The notes: generated by a model from the sequence alone, not told the origin. Numbered from the stretch's first letter, positions 19,527 to 30,644 are shown. The stretch is DNA of 64,000 nucleotides from Promethearchaeota archaeon (GCA_019058365.1 JAHPZE010000002.1:64001-128000), one strand, 5' to 3'. Numbers and translations: made by a program.

Positions 19527-20954
19527 TCATTTTTCCTTCATTTCATACCAATCTTTCATTTCAAATAATTGTGTGTCATCTTCTATGAGAAGTTCTCCCT
19601 TCGCATCTTTTTTAATTACATTAAATATTCTATCGCAAATATCTGGATTTTCTTCAGCAATATTTACATTCCACTCCGGATCCTTTGATAAATCAAAGAG
19701 TCGTTGATATAATCTATTATTCGAAGTAATAAAAGCAAAATTATCGTCTTTATATAGCGTACACGCATGAAAACCGCAAGTAATATAATTACGGTCTTCA
19801 ATAATTTGATCATCTTCCTCAATAAATATAGAAAGATCTATCCCATCAAATATATCGGGTTTATCTTTATTTAAAAAACCGAAGATTGTGGGTAATATAT
19901 CAAAATCATAAACATATAACTTTCTTATTCTTTTAGGTTTATTAATCTCGTGAGGGGGTTTAATCATAAAAGGAATATCAACTAATTCAGGATACATATA
20001 ATAAGGGATCTTTCCTGTTGCATTATGTTCTCCGATGGAATGCCCATGATCACTGATAAAAATTATTAAAGAATCTTCATATAACTCCATACTTTTTAAT
20101 TCATTTATAAAATATCCAAACCACGCATCACATAATGATACTTCTCCTGCATAACAAGCTCTCATATATTTTAACTCTCCCTCGGTAAGATAATCGATAT
20201 CATGACGATAAGCAGGCGTAATTACTTTCCTACCAGAATAATTCTTATCTACATAAAGATCAAGGTATTTTTGAGGAGGATCCCAAGGTTCATGTGGATC
20301 AAATTCATCAATTAAGCAAAAAGTTTTACTAATTGCCTGAGTGTCCTTAGTAAATTCAATAGCCTTCTTAAAAGTTTTAGCTGGAAAATAATTTTCTTCT
20401 GTTTTTCTATCTTGAATATTTGGAAAATATCTATTTAATATAAGCTTTTGATACCCTCTACCAGCAAGGTCTCCACTAACAGTATGTTCTTTCATCATCT
20501 GATTAAGTTCAGATTTACCTTTCCTTAAAATTGCCCTAAATTTATCATTTTCATGACCTCTAATCCAATTCCATTGATCATACCCTAGATGAAAATTCAT
20601 ATTAGGTTTAAATTGATGATAAGCGCTTGTTATAAATGCCGTTTTATATCCGAAACTATTTAAGTACTCAGAAAGATGTTTCTGTTGAGGAGGGATTGGA
20701 TGCCATCCTGGAGCCTTAACTATATCATCAGTTCGAAGCTTTGGTTTCTGATGGTTAAATGGAAAAGTACGAATTCCAGTATGAATAGCTCTACGTACAG
20801 GGATAGTTGGTAATGATTCAGGATAAGCTTTATCATATACAATACAATCTTTAGCAAATTCATCAAAATTTGGGGTTTTTATCCATTCATTTCCATAAGT
20901 CCTTCCAGTATGATCTTTCCTTAATGTATCAAATATTATTAAAAAAATTTTCAT
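19527..20954 (-). CDS. Sulfatase-like hydrolase with Thr at the nucleophile position
   Basis: IFDTLRKD, SLPTIPVRRAIHTG, FDPHEPW, SDHG. Confidence 0.85.
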   Translation of the reverse strand: MKIFLIIFDTLRKDHTGRTYGNEWIKTPNFDEFAKDCIVYDKAYPESLPTIPVRRAIHTGIRTFPFNHQKPKLRTDDIVKAPGWHPIPPQQKHLSEYLNSFGYKTAFITSAYHQFKPNMNFHLGYDQWNWIRGHENDKFRAILRKGKSELNQMMKEHTVSGDLAGRGYQKLILNRYFPNIQDRKTEENYFPAKTFKKAIEFTKDTQAISKTFCLIDEFDPHEPWDPPQKYLDLYVDKNYSGRKVITPAYRHDIDYLTEGELKYMRACYAGEVSLCDAWFGYFINELKSMELYEDSLIIFISDHGHSIGEHNATGKIPYYMYPELVDIPFMIKPPHEINKPKRIRKLYVYDFDILPTIFGFLNKDKPDIFDGIDLSIFIEEDDQIIEDRNYITCGFHACTLYKDDNFAFITSNNRLYQRLFDLSKDPEWNVNIAEENPDICDRIFNVIKKDAKGELLIEDDTQLFEMKDWYEMKEK

Positions 20955-21119
20955 AATAATGCGACTTCTGGTTAATAAATCTATTAATGTTTAATCATGT
21001 AAAATAATTATAAGAATTATCCTTAATTTGCATTGAGTATTAAAATTAAAAATTAATTACAGATAAAAGCTATTTTGATAAGTTTTAGACAAAAAAATAA
21101 AAAAATTGAAAAATAGGAA

Positions 21120-22331
21120 ATGAAACCATTTTCATTATTGATAAAGCCAGCCTCAGCCGATTGTAATCTAAGATGTGAATACTGTTTCTATATAGATCAC
21201 CTTGAAAAGATTAAAGACAACCCTCGAATGTCAGATGATGTATTAAAAAAAATGATAGCAGGCTATATGGAGACAAATCAAAATAATAATTATGCTTTTG
21301 GGTGGCAGGGAGGGGAATCGATGATAATGGGCCTAAAATTCTTTCAAAAAGCAGTAGAACTTCAAAAGCTTTATGCTCCTCCTGGAGCTGTTATAAGTAA
21401 TGGGTTACAGACAAATGGTACACTTATTAATGATGATTTTGCACATTTTTTTGGAGAATATAAATTTTTAATTGGAGTAAGTCTTGATGGTCCTGCCTAT
21501 ATACATGATTACTATAGAAAAACTATAGGTAAAAAATCCTCTCATCATTTGGTTATGCACGGTATTGAATATTTGAGACAGAACAAGGTAGAATTCAACA
21601 TTTTAATTCTTGTAAACAATGAAAATGTAAAAAAAGCGAAAGAAATTTATCATTATCTACGAGAACAAGGTTTTTTTTATCACCAATATATCCCTTGTGT
21701 TGAATTCGATGAAAATGATAATCCCAAGACATTTTCAATAACAGGAGTAGAATGGGGAGACTTTCTCTGCGATCTATTTGACCAATGGATTAAAGAAGAT
21801 ATATATGAAATTTCTATTCGACTTTTTGATTCAATCTTGGAATATTTGGTATTTGGACGCTATAATGTATGCTATATGAATAATAATTGTTGCCAATATT
21901 TTGTAATTGAATATGATGGAAGTGTTTATCCTTGTGATTTTTTCGTTCGTGAGGATCTATTATTAGGAAATATTCTTCATGATAAGTGGGAAGATCTTCT
22001 AAAATCTCCAATCTATCGTAAATTCGGACAGGAAAAAGCCAATTGGCATAAAAGTTGTAATTCATGTCCTTTCATTAATTTATGCCATGGAGATTGTCAA
22101 AAATTCCGTATAGGAAGCCCTCAAAGCTCAAATATATTGAGCGTTTTATGTAAGGGATGGAAAAAATTTTATACATATACTTTACCACATTTTAAGATCA
22201 TTGCTGATAGAATAAAAAATGGACATGCAATTAATTCAATGATTCAAATTAAATCTGAGAAAGTTGGACGAAATTCCCCGTGTCCTTGTGGAAGTGGGAA
22301 AAAATATAAAAATTGCTGTATGAGACAGTAG
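21120..22331 (+). CDS. Anaerobic sulfatase maturase (anSME; radical SAM/SPASM) with C-terminal SEC-C motif
   Basis: [40 protein letters not shown] cysteines, [18 protein letters not shown]. Confidence 0.92.
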   Translation: MKPFSLLIKPASADCNLRCEYCFYIDHLEKIKDNPRMSDDVLKKMIAGYMETNQNNNYAFGWQGGESMIMGLKFFQKAVELQKLYAPPGAVISNGLQTNGTLINDDFAHFFGEYKFLIGVSLDGPAYIHDYYRKTIGKKSSHHLVMHGIEYLRQNKVEFNILILVNNENVKKAKEIYHYLREQGFFYHQYIPCVEFDENDNPKTFSITGVEWGDFLCDLFDQWIKEDIYEISIRLFDSILEYLVFGRYNVCYMNNNCCQYFVIEYDGSVYPCDFFVREDLLLGNILHDKWEDLLKSPIYRKFGQEKANWHKSCNSCPFINLCHGDCQKFRIGSPQSSNILSVLCKGWKKFYTYTLPHFKIIADRIKNGHAINSMIQIKSEKVGRNSPCPCGSGKKYKNCCMRQ

Positions 22332-22332
22332 C

Positions 22333-25002
22333 TTAAGACTTTTTTAATTTCCATCTTAATGGTTCATTTAGTTTACTTCTACCATAAAAAACTATCTGAT
22401 CTTTTTCAATGTTAATATCCTTTTCTGAGTCATTAACTTCCAGACTTACAAGTTGCTTTAATTCATCACTATTTAGATTCAATGCAACTTTCCAATTCCC
22501 CTCAATAAGAGGAGCATACCAACCAGAATATCCTTCTTCTGTCTTTTTAAAACCTAATATTGGAGAAGAGACACTATATTTTTCTTTTGGTAAACTTGGT
22601 GAAAATTTAATGCCTTTTTTAGTGAATTTCGCTCCTATCAAATGTGTTATATTATATAATGGCCAAGCATGTGGATGTAAATTCATAACAGGAAAATCTG
22701 TCCAGTTTATTCCGAATGGGTCTTCTAACATAATTTTATTATCTTTTGGATCTCCTGTAACAAGATATTCAAAAAAGTGAGTTTGCCCATGATATATTGA
22801 GAGATCAGAATTATATGTATCTGGTCCACTCCAAATTCCATACCATATATCAGGAAAAGCCTTTGCGTGAAATGCAAGTGTATTTTTTTTCCATTCATCC
22901 CAAGCCATTTCACTTTTTACGCAGGATAAGGCCCATATTAATGTTCCGTTAATTGATGGCCAAATTCCACCATTGACTCGCATACCAACTTCTCTTTTCA
23001 TTAAATCAATGTCTTTGCTTAGTAACCTTGCTCCGATCTTTGATGAATATCGTAACAACTTATCAATATTATTTTTTAAAACCGGAATCCAGTCATTATC
23101 GACAGCATCTCCTATAATGGCCCAAGGTTGAGGTTCTAACCATAGGATTTCATCTCCAATCCAGCCTAGATCGTCGTTAAACCACGCTCGCTTAAACCAT
23201 TGTCCATTCCACTGTGCTTTAACAGCTTTTTTCAAAGATTCGGCATACTTAATAACCTTATCAACCATATCATAGTTTTTAATAATGCTTAATAAATCCG
23301 CAAATTTATTGAGAACATAAATTGCCATAGTAGTATTAAGAATACTTTCTCCATGAGTTCTCACCTCCTCATGTTTTTCTTCTGGAACATAACCCATTAC
23401 AGCGCCATCATTCCAATCACCTGTTGAGAGTCTTTGAAGTCCATGCTTTCCAGTTCCAGTAATTTCTGTAAAATGGTTAAAACATAAAATTAAGATTTTT
23501 AAAACTGCTGATGTATTAGCTTCTTTACCATAAAGAGGATAAGTCGAAATTACTTCCTCTAAAAATTCCTTATCTCTTGTAGCTAGTATATATTCACTAG
23601 TAACCCATAATAACCATAATTCAAGATCACTGGGAAAAAATGGTAATGGTATAATCATTCCATTACCAGTGACCCCATACGGAATTTCTCCATCTTCTTT
23701 AACAGTTTTTAAAATGTATCTAATAATTTCTTTAACAATTTTGGGTTCACAAAAAATAAAAGGCAATATATGCTGTAGTGGATCTCGTGCTGCTATTTGA
23801 GTTCCCATTATATATTGATAGACATGTCCTTGAGAAAGAATATGCTCATTGAAATAATCATCATACGTCATCGCACTACGCAAATAATAATTATGCCATA
23901 TAGTTTCACGTTCTACCCAAGCTTCTTTGGGAATAGACAATTTTATTATATTTCTTTTCCAACTTTCAGCAGAATAATCCCATTGATTATAGATTTCATT
24001 TTTATAATCTTTTAAAACTTGATCGAGATAAATACCTTTAGGTAAATAACCATATGCAAAATATAATGTTCGACTTTCTTTTGGTTTTAAATAAACTTGT
24101 TGTTCTACTATCATTGCACTTTTATCGTCTACCGTATCTAAATTAGAAGGAAGAGTACCTTTAACTCCATCAGGAAACTCAACGCCCCCTTTTCCAAAAA
24201 AGTCAAATCCATTAGTACTAAAATCTCTAATAGGGCCATTTAATGAAACTAAGAATGTTTTAGGGGATTCTTTGCTTTCAAATACAGGTTTGGGTGCTTC
24301 TTTTTTGTTCACACTCTTACGACCTTGAAAATGTTTAGCTTCGAATAGACCAGAATTATCTATTAAAGAAAATTCATGTGAAAATTTTGAACTAAATTCT
24401 CTTCGCTTTTTATTCATTAATGAAAGATCTTTTTTCCCAAAAGCTGTATAATATGCAAGTACCGAAAATTGAAACATTTTACATCCCCAATATTCTATCC
24501 ATCGTAAATTTTTCGATTGTTCAGTATTATTTGAAATTGTAACTTGAGATATAAGTAAAGGATCATCTCCATAAGGTGCAAAAATAACTTGATCCACTGA
24601 TAGATTATATCCTTTAACTATTTTACGGAAATATCCAATCCCAAAAATTCGATCAAATGAATCTCCGTTTCCTGAAAAAAATGTATTTAACAAATTTTCT
24701 CCATCAACTAAATATCCAAACCCTCCTGCGAATTGATTTTGCTCGGGATCATAATCATTAAGGAATTTTGGACATCCTTCATCTTGACGAACTTGAACAT
24801 AACCAAAATTTGAAGCAACTCCGACTAAGCGATCGTTTCCAACTTGGTGTAGATGTTCTATATTAGAGCGCAACTTTTCATTTAAAGGAATTATTGCTTT
24901 AGGATCATTTATTTGGTCGCAAGTATAACGATAAGCAGGTAATCCGAATTCATCTTCAATCCATTCACCAAAATAACCAGAACCAAATGATTTTTTTGAC
25001 AT
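22333..25002 (-). CDS. GH94-like glycoside phosphorylase/hydrolase
   Basis: RDPLQH, SDLELWL, GKHGL, GDWNDG, GES, NGGIWP; (alpha/alpha)6 six-hairpin type, 889 aa. Confidence 0.72.
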   Translation of the reverse strand: MSKKSFGSGYFGEWIEDEFGLPAYRYTCDQINDPKAIIPLNEKLRSNIEHLHQVGNDRLVGVASNFGYVQVRQDEGCPKFLNDYDPEQNQFAGGFGYLVDGENLLNTFFSGNGDSFDRIFGIGYFRKIVKGYNLSVDQVIFAPYGDDPLLISQVTISNNTEQSKNLRWIEYWGCKMFQFSVLAYYTAFGKKDLSLMNKKRREFSSKFSHEFSLIDNSGLFEAKHFQGRKSVNKKEAPKPVFESKESPKTFLVSLNGPIRDFSTNGFDFFGKGGVEFPDGVKGTLPSNLDTVDDKSAMIVEQQVYLKPKESRTLYFAYGYLPKGIYLDQVLKDYKNEIYNQWDYSAESWKRNIIKLSIPKEAWVERETIWHNYYLRSAMTYDDYFNEHILSQGHVYQYIMGTQIAARDPLQHILPFIFCEPKIVKEIIRYILKTVKEDGEIPYGVTGNGMIIPLPFFPSDLELWLLWVTSEYILATRDKEFLEEVISTYPLYGKEANTSAVLKILILCFNHFTEITGTGKHGLQRLSTGDWNDGAVMGYVPEEKHEEVRTHGESILNTTMAIYVLNKFADLLSIIKNYDMVDKVIKYAESLKKAVKAQWNGQWFKRAWFNDDLGWIGDEILWLEPQPWAIIGDAVDNDWIPVLKNNIDKLLRYSSKIGARLLSKDIDLMKREVGMRVNGGIWPSINGTLIWALSCVKSEMAWDEWKKNTLAFHAKAFPDIWYGIWSGPDTYNSDLSIYHGQTHFFEYLVTGDPKDNKIMLEDPFGINWTDFPVMNLHPHAWPLYNITHLIGAKFTKKGIKFSPSLPKEKYSVSSPILGFKKTEEGYSGWYAPLIEGNWKVALNLNSDELKQLVSLEVNDSEKDINIEKDQIVFYGRSKLNEPLRWKLKKS

Positions 25003-25156
25003 TTTTCAAAAGATATCCTTAAATTGTGTTATATTATTAATTCCCGCTAATATAAGAACTTTCATATTCTTATTTGTAATAAAATCTTACGTGGTAAAAA
25101 AGTCTTTAAAGTAAGAATACTTTTTTGGTTTATTAATTAAACAAAATGATACTAAA

Positions 25157-25906
25157 ATGAGTAACATTTTCACTGACGTCGGAATTGTCGCAATTACATT
25201 TTTTTACGTTATTTTAACGATTTTTATACCTCTAATATTGTACAAAAAGGAAAAAATCACTAAATTCTCAGCAAGAAAGTCAATCCATATGTTTGCTGGT
25301 TTAGCAATACTAAGCGCACCATTTTATTTTTGGCCATTTTGGCCAACCATTATAGGTGTTACGTTGACTATATTCGTTTATTTTAGCTCAAAAGAATCAA
25401 AAGTAAAGCAACTAAAAGATTTATATGATGCAATCTCTGAAGAACAAGAAAATGGTTTGAAGAGAGCTTTTCTTCAGGGTCCCTTTTTTTATTGTATTTC
25501 TATTACATTATTAGTGTTAATTTTTGCAATTTTTGCTCCAGATCAATTTTATTTTCCAATAGCGGGAGTATTGATAATGATAGTTGCTGATACTTTGGCT
25601 TCAGTAATAGGAAAACGTTGGGGAAAGATAAGTTTGTGTCTTAAATACACAAATTCAAAAAGAACCTTAGAAGGAAGTTTAACTTTCTTTGGAACGGCGT
25701 ATCTGCTATGCTTTCTCTCGTTTTACCTGTTTGGTTTGTTAATCCCTACTTTTCAAGATCCTTTGAATTTACCTACTATATTAATATATTCATTAATCAC
25801 CAGTGCAATCGCTGCAATAATCGAACTAATTTCTCCGAGCACATATGACGATTTAACTGTTCCCATAGGTAGTACTTTAATTATGTACCTTTTAACTTTG
25901 CTCTAA
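25157..25906 (+). CDS. CTP-dependent polyprenol kinase (dolichol/phytol kinase family)
   Basis: RKSIHM, GPFFY, ADTLASVIGKRWG, KRTLEGS, DDLTVP; multi-pass membrane protein. Confidence 0.85.
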   Translation: MSNIFTDVGIVAITFFYVILTIFIPLILYKKEKITKFSARKSIHMFAGLAILSAPFYFWPFWPTIIGVTLTIFVYFSSKESKVKQLKDLYDAISEEQENGLKRAFLQGPFFYCISITLLVLIFAIFAPDQFYFPIAGVLIMIVADTLASVIGKRWGKISLCLKYTNSKRTLEGSLTFFGTAYLLCFLSFYLFGLLIPTFQDPLNLPTILIYSLITSAIAAIIELISPSTYDDLTVPIGSTLIMYLLTLL

Positions 25907-25964
25907 CATTAACTTATCTTTTATTTTAATTCAAATAGTTTTTAAAATTATAAGATCACGTATC

Positions 25965-27356
25965 ATGGAAAATACCCAAAAATCCTTTAATGTAATAGTA
26001 GTTGGTGCTGGTACAGGTGGAGCGACTTCTGCCAGATTTGCAGCAAAGAAAGGTTTAGATGTCTGTTTAATAGACAGAAAACCAAGGGTAAAGATTGGAG
26101 ATAAAATATGCGGTGATGCTGTAGGAAATGAAATTTTTGATTTCTTAAAGATTAATCATCCAAAAAATGAAGAATTATCATGTTATATAAAAGGAGCGAA
26201 ATTATACTCACCGAACCTTAAGAAATGTATCACATTACTAGATCCTAAACAAGCGGGATACATTGTAAATAGATTAGAATTTGGACAAAGATTATTGAAT
26301 GAAGCTCTTGATTCGGGTGTTAAACAATTCTTAGACAATACTATGGCTTTACATTTGTTATATAAAAATGGAACTGTTACCGGACTTCAAGTTAAATTAG
26401 AAAATGGAGAAAAAGTCAACCTTAATGCCAAAATTGTTATTGATGCGAGTGGATTTTATTCACCCTTAAGAAAAAATGCTAGAAGTTCCTTAATTGAAAA
26501 AAATATATCAAATAACGATAGTATTTTATGTTATCGTGAGATTGTGAAATTTTCATCTTCAGATCAACAAGTAGATGATCCCGAATACATTTCAATAATT
26601 CTAGATCAAGAGAAAGCTCCTGGAGGATATATGTGGTATTTTCCAAAAAACGAGTCTTCTATTAATATAGGAATTGGGACCTTTATGGATTATGGAGGTA
26701 AAGTAAAGGATTTATACAAAACAAATGTATTTCAAGAATTTATTAAAACATCCAATATTGAAATTATCTCAACTGGAGGTGGTGTAGTCCCTGTGAGAAG
26801 ACCACTATGGTCCTGTGCAGATAATGGATTTATGTTAGTAGGAGATGCTGCCTGTCAAGTTAATCCACTTCATGGAGGTGGCATTGATCCCTCTATGAGA
26901 GCGGGTTTTCATGCTGCAAATTCAGCAGTTCACGCAATAGAAAATAATGATAATTCTATAAACGAGTTATGGGATTATAATTATAATGTAATGACAAGTT
27001 TTGGAGCTGAATTTGCCTCATTAGATTTATTAAGAATTGTTCTCCAAAATCTTTCAAATGAGGAATTGAATTTTGGTTTAGAACGCGATTTGTTGAGCGG
27101 AGAAGAAATTTTAGAAATTTCCTCTACAGGAGGGTTAAATTTATCTCTAATTAATATGGCAGTTAAAGCTTTTAAAGGGATTTCCCAGCCAAACTTATTA
27201 TTAGATCTAAATTATCTTAGGATAAAAATGAAGGAGATCGCTAAACTTTACAAAAATTTTCCTAAAGAATTAGATCGATTTCCTAATTGGAAAGAAAATA
27301 TTATTGCAATATATGATAATATTGAAAGAATGATTGTGAATACCAAAAAAAAGTAA
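25965..27356 (+). CDS. Digeranylgeranylglycerophospholipid (geranylgeranyl) reductase
   Basis: VVGAGTGG, KICGDA, PGGYMWYFPK, VGDAACQVNPLHGGGI. Confidence 0.88.
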   Translation: MENTQKSFNVIVVGAGTGGATSARFAAKKGLDVCLIDRKPRVKIGDKICGDAVGNEIFDFLKINHPKNEELSCYIKGAKLYSPNLKKCITLLDPKQAGYIVNRLEFGQRLLNEALDSGVKQFLDNTMALHLLYKNGTVTGLQVKLENGEKVNLNAKIVIDASGFYSPLRKNARSSLIEKNISNNDSILCYREIVKFSSSDQQVDDPEYISIILDQEKAPGGYMWYFPKNESSINIGIGTFMDYGGKVKDLYKTNVFQEFIKTSNIEIISTGGGVVPVRRPLWSCADNGFMLVGDAACQVNPLHGGGIDPSMRAGFHAANSAVHAIENNDNSINELWDYNYNVMTSFGAEFASLDLLRIVLQNLSNEELNFGLERDLLSGEEILEISSTGGLNLSLINMAVKAFKGISQPNLLLDLNYLRIKMKEIAKLYKNFPKELDRFPNWKENIIAIYDNIERMIVNTKKK

Positions 27357-27370
27357 AGAAATTAAAAGAT

Positions 27371-28198
27371 GTGAATTTTATGGTTGATATAATAATTGAT
27401 GAGTATATTGAAAAAAGTACATATGAATATTTAATTAAAAAAATCAATACTGAAGGAGCTTTGCATTTTTCTTTAATAGATCCTGATCCTTTAAGACAAG
27501 GACCATCCAAAGCGGGAAAAATGGCAAAATATGCTGAAGATGCAGGTACTGATGCCATTTTAATAGGAGGAAGTACTGTGTTTGATCAAACCTTTGTTGA
27601 TAACACAATAGTTGCAATTAAGGATAAAGTTAAGGTCCCAATTATTATTTTTCCTGGAGGTATTAGTAATGTTTCCAAACATGCTGATGCGATTTTTTTT
27701 ATGTCTTTACTGAACTCATCAGATCCTTATGCCATTATCGGTCAGCAAGCCCTTGCTTCATATACAATAAAATCTTATAATTTAGAATATATATCAATGG
27801 CTTATTTAATAATAGAACCTGGGGGTAGCGCTGGTTGGATAGGAAATGCGAGATTATTACCTAGAAAGAAACCTAAATTAACAGCAGCTTATGCATTAGC
27901 CGCAGAAATGTTTGGTTTTAAAATTATATATTTAGAGGCAGGTTCAGGAGGAGAGAAAATTCCAGTAGACCATATAAAAACATGCTCATCAGTACTTAAT
28001 ATCCCAATAATTGCTGGTGGCGGTGTCGATAATAAAGAAGATGCGAAAGCCTTCGTTGATGCAGGAGCCGATATCATCGTTATGGGTACATATCTCGAAA
28101 ATCACATACTAAAAGATAATGGAAACTCATTAAAAGGTATAATTGATGAAATTAAAAACGCTGGGAAATCACAAAAAAAAAATTTTCCAATAAGATAA
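27371..28198 (+). CDS. Geranylgeranylglyceryl phosphate synthase (group II)
   Basis: LIDPD, IGGST, FPGG, MSLLNS, YLEAGSG, GGG; start may be ATG 27380. Confidence 0.93.
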   Translation: MNFMVDIIIDEYIEKSTYEYLIKKINTEGALHFSLIDPDPLRQGPSKAGKMAKYAEDAGTDAILIGGSTVFDQTFVDNTIVAIKDKVKVPIIIFPGGISNVSKHADAIFFMSLLNSSDPYAIIGQQALASYTIKSYNLEYISMAYLIIEPGGSAGWIGNARLLPRKKPKLTAAYALAAEMFGFKIIYLEAGSGGEKIPVDHIKTCSSVLNIPIIAGGGVDNKEDAKAFVDAGADIIVMGTYLENHILKDNGNSLKGIIDEIKNAGKSQKKNFPIR

Positions 28199-28211
28199 AG
28201 GAAGTATTTTA

Positions 28212-29084
28212 ATGAAATTCAAAGATGCCATCGAAATTCTTCGACCCATTAATGATATAATGGGAAGTTTAACTGTTATTATAGGAATTCTAAATACAAG
28301 ATTTGATGTTGATCCCATTATATTAGTTTTAAATCTAATTTTGGGTGTTCTTACTTATTTTTTTATTGCTGGTGCCGGGAATGTCATTAATGACTATTAT
28401 GACATCGAAATTGATAAAATAAATCGTCCCGAAAGACCTATTCCTAGAGGGTCAATAACGTTGAACCAAGCAAAGATCTTATGGATTACTACTTCTTTAA
28501 TTGGGATTACAATCGCCATTTTCCATAGCATTTTATTTAATCTTGGATACTTGAATATTATTTTAGCAGTTTTTTTTGCTTTTATAGGTTGGTTATATGC
28601 AGCTTGGGGTAAAAAAAGCGGATTCATCGGAAATATTATTGTCAGTATATCCTTTTCGATTGGACTTATCTACGGAGCTGTTTTAAATAATACTACTATC
28701 CCTCCTTATATATACTTCTTCTTTTTAACGGCATTCTTTCTTCTACTCGCTCGAGAAATCATTAAGGGATGTGAAGATATTGAAGGAGATAAAAGTCAAG
28801 GAGTAAAAACATTAGCTATTAAGATTGGAATTAAAAAATCAAGATTAATTTCTCTGATATTTACATTATTAGCTATAATTTTCTTTATCTTGCCTTATTT
28901 CACTAACATATTAAATCGATTGTTGTTTTTGATTTCTATGTTTTTTGGGTTGGCTATAGTTTTATATACTATGGTATTAATGGTTAAACCCAATTTAGAA
29001 AGAAATGATTTTAAACGAATAAGTTTATTATTAAAAATATCCATGTTTCTTGGATTAGTTGCTTTTATCTTTGCAAGCTTTTAA
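28212..29084 (+). CDS. Digeranylgeranylglyceryl phosphate synthase (UbiA family)
   Basis: NDYYDIEIDKINRPERPIPRG, REIIKGCEDIEGD; directly downstream of GGGPS. Confidence 0.9.
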   Translation: MKFKDAIEILRPINDIMGSLTVIIGILNTRFDVDPIILVLNLILGVLTYFFIAGAGNVINDYYDIEIDKINRPERPIPRGSITLNQAKILWITTSLIGITIAIFHSILFNLGYLNIILAVFFAFIGWLYAAWGKKSGFIGNIIVSISFSIGLIYGAVLNNTTIPPYIYFFFLTAFFLLLAREIIKGCEDIEGDKSQGVKTLAIKIGIKKSRLISLIFTLLAIIFFILPYFTNILNRLLFLISMFFGLAIVLYTMVLMVKPNLERNDFKRISLLLKISMFLGLVAFIFASF

Positions 29085-30494
29085 GAATTTTAAAATACTG
29101 TTGAAATCTCTGTTTTCAATTAATTCATTTAACTTTTCCTTGAATTCGTCATTTAATTCACTATAAGGAAAAGTTTGAATTAACTTTCTAACTTGGGTTA
29201 AACCAAGATATTTTCTTGTATATTCTGCATCAGAATATTTATAGGTTGTAAGGAACTCACTGTCTAATTTCGCCCTAAAAGATTCTAACATAAAATTAAA
29301 AAAATCTTTTAATAATAACTGTTTATCTGGTGTAATTACGGGTTCAAAAAAAACTTGAATTGGATGAGTTCGATATGTGTTCCCTGATACGTAAATTCCA
29401 TCAACTTCAAAATCCTTGAGAATTGTACTTAGTCCAACTCTACCTTCATAAGAACCTGTATCGACAGTTCGAACATATAAAATGTTTGATCTGATTCTCT
29501 TTTTAAGCTCGTCATTTATAGAGAGAATTAATTTCTGATATTTATTATTTTGATAATTATTAGCATCTATGACCGTAATTTCATTATCTCCCTTATTTTG
29601 CAGAACTTCTTGTTTTAATAGATAATAATTTACTTTTAAGGGTTTTTGAACTAGAAATTTTTTAAGAAACTCATCTATTTCAGAACCAGCACGATAATTA
29701 AATTCAGGTTTAAGCTTATATTCTTTTTTAAATATAACATTTTCTTTTTTGATTTTAATACCCTTAAATTTTAGATTTTCAGATTTAGGTGCTTTTTTCC
29801 TTGTGAAGAAGCCGATACAGATGTTTGTCCCCGTGTATTCGAACACTTTTGTTTCAAATATTGTCATTTTTGTAATTATATAATATTTAAGGAAATCTTT
29901 ACGAAATTTATTTGAAACAGATGCACCATATAAAAAATTCGATGGAATAATGTAAATCAAATTTGTAATTTCATTTCTTAGATCGTTTATCATAGCAATT
30001 TGATATAAATCTTGATAACCATTATTTTTCCCTCTAAAAAATTCTAAGTATTTTTGAGTTTCCTTATGCTTTCGTATATACCCTAAATAGAGATATGGTG
30101 GATTCGTTATATGATATAAGGGAAATTGCATGTTGTTCAAAAAATCAGGAAAACTTTCTAAATTATCTCTCAACTTAATGTTTTTATTAGCTACTTCTAT
30201 GGGGATACCATAATTTTTAGCATTGATAATACAATTTTTTACCATTACTGGTTGAATATCACATAAATAAATATGATCTATAAAAAATTGAATTCTTTTT
30301 TCAAGAGGAATTGAGTTCAAAATAGGTAAAATTAAATTTCCTTGACCAGCAAATAAATCTATCCATGTATACGCCCATAATTTATCTTGAATATCAGGAA
30401 ATATATATTTTATAAAAATATCTCTAGAAGTGAGATGAACACCCAAAGATCTTCGATATTTATTATCTCTAAAGTCTCTTATATTATTTCCCAT
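29055..30494 (-). CDS. N6-adenine DNA methyltransferase, orphan
   Basis: LGVHLTS (motif X), DLFAGQGNL (motif I), ITNPPY (motif IV), YIIPSNFL. Confidence 0.8.
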   Translation of the reverse strand: MGNNIRDFRDNKYRRSLGVHLTSRDIFIKYIFPDIQDKLWAYTWIDLFAGQGNLILPILNSIPLEKRIQFFIDHIYLCDIQPVMVKNCIINAKNYGIPIEVANKNIKLRDNLESFPDFLNNMQFPLYHITNPPYLYLGYIRKHKETQKYLEFFRGKNNGYQDLYQIAMINDLRNEITNLIYIIPSNFLYGASVSNKFRKDFLKYYIITKMTIFETKVFEYTGTNICIGFFTRKKAPKSENLKFKGIKIKKENVIFKKEYKLKPEFNYRAGSEIDEFLKKFLVQKPLKVNYYLLKQEVLQNKGDNEITVIDANNYQNNKYQKLILSINDELKKRIRSNILYVRTVDTGSYEGRVGLSTILKDFEVDGIYVSGNTYRTHPIQVFFEPVITPDKQLLLKDFFNFMLESFRAKLDSEFLTTYKYSDAEYTRKYLGLTQVRKLIQTFPYSELNDEFKEKLNELIENRDFNSILKFLKACKDKSN

Positions 30495-30644
30495 ATATGG
30501 TTGACTCTTTAGATCTTATAGATAATTTTATTAATAACTTAGGCTCAATATAAGTTTATGATTGATTGGATTATAATGATATTTTTTCAACTTTATACTT
30601 TAGGGTATCTAAATCTCGAATGATAAAATAAAAAAAAATGTTAA

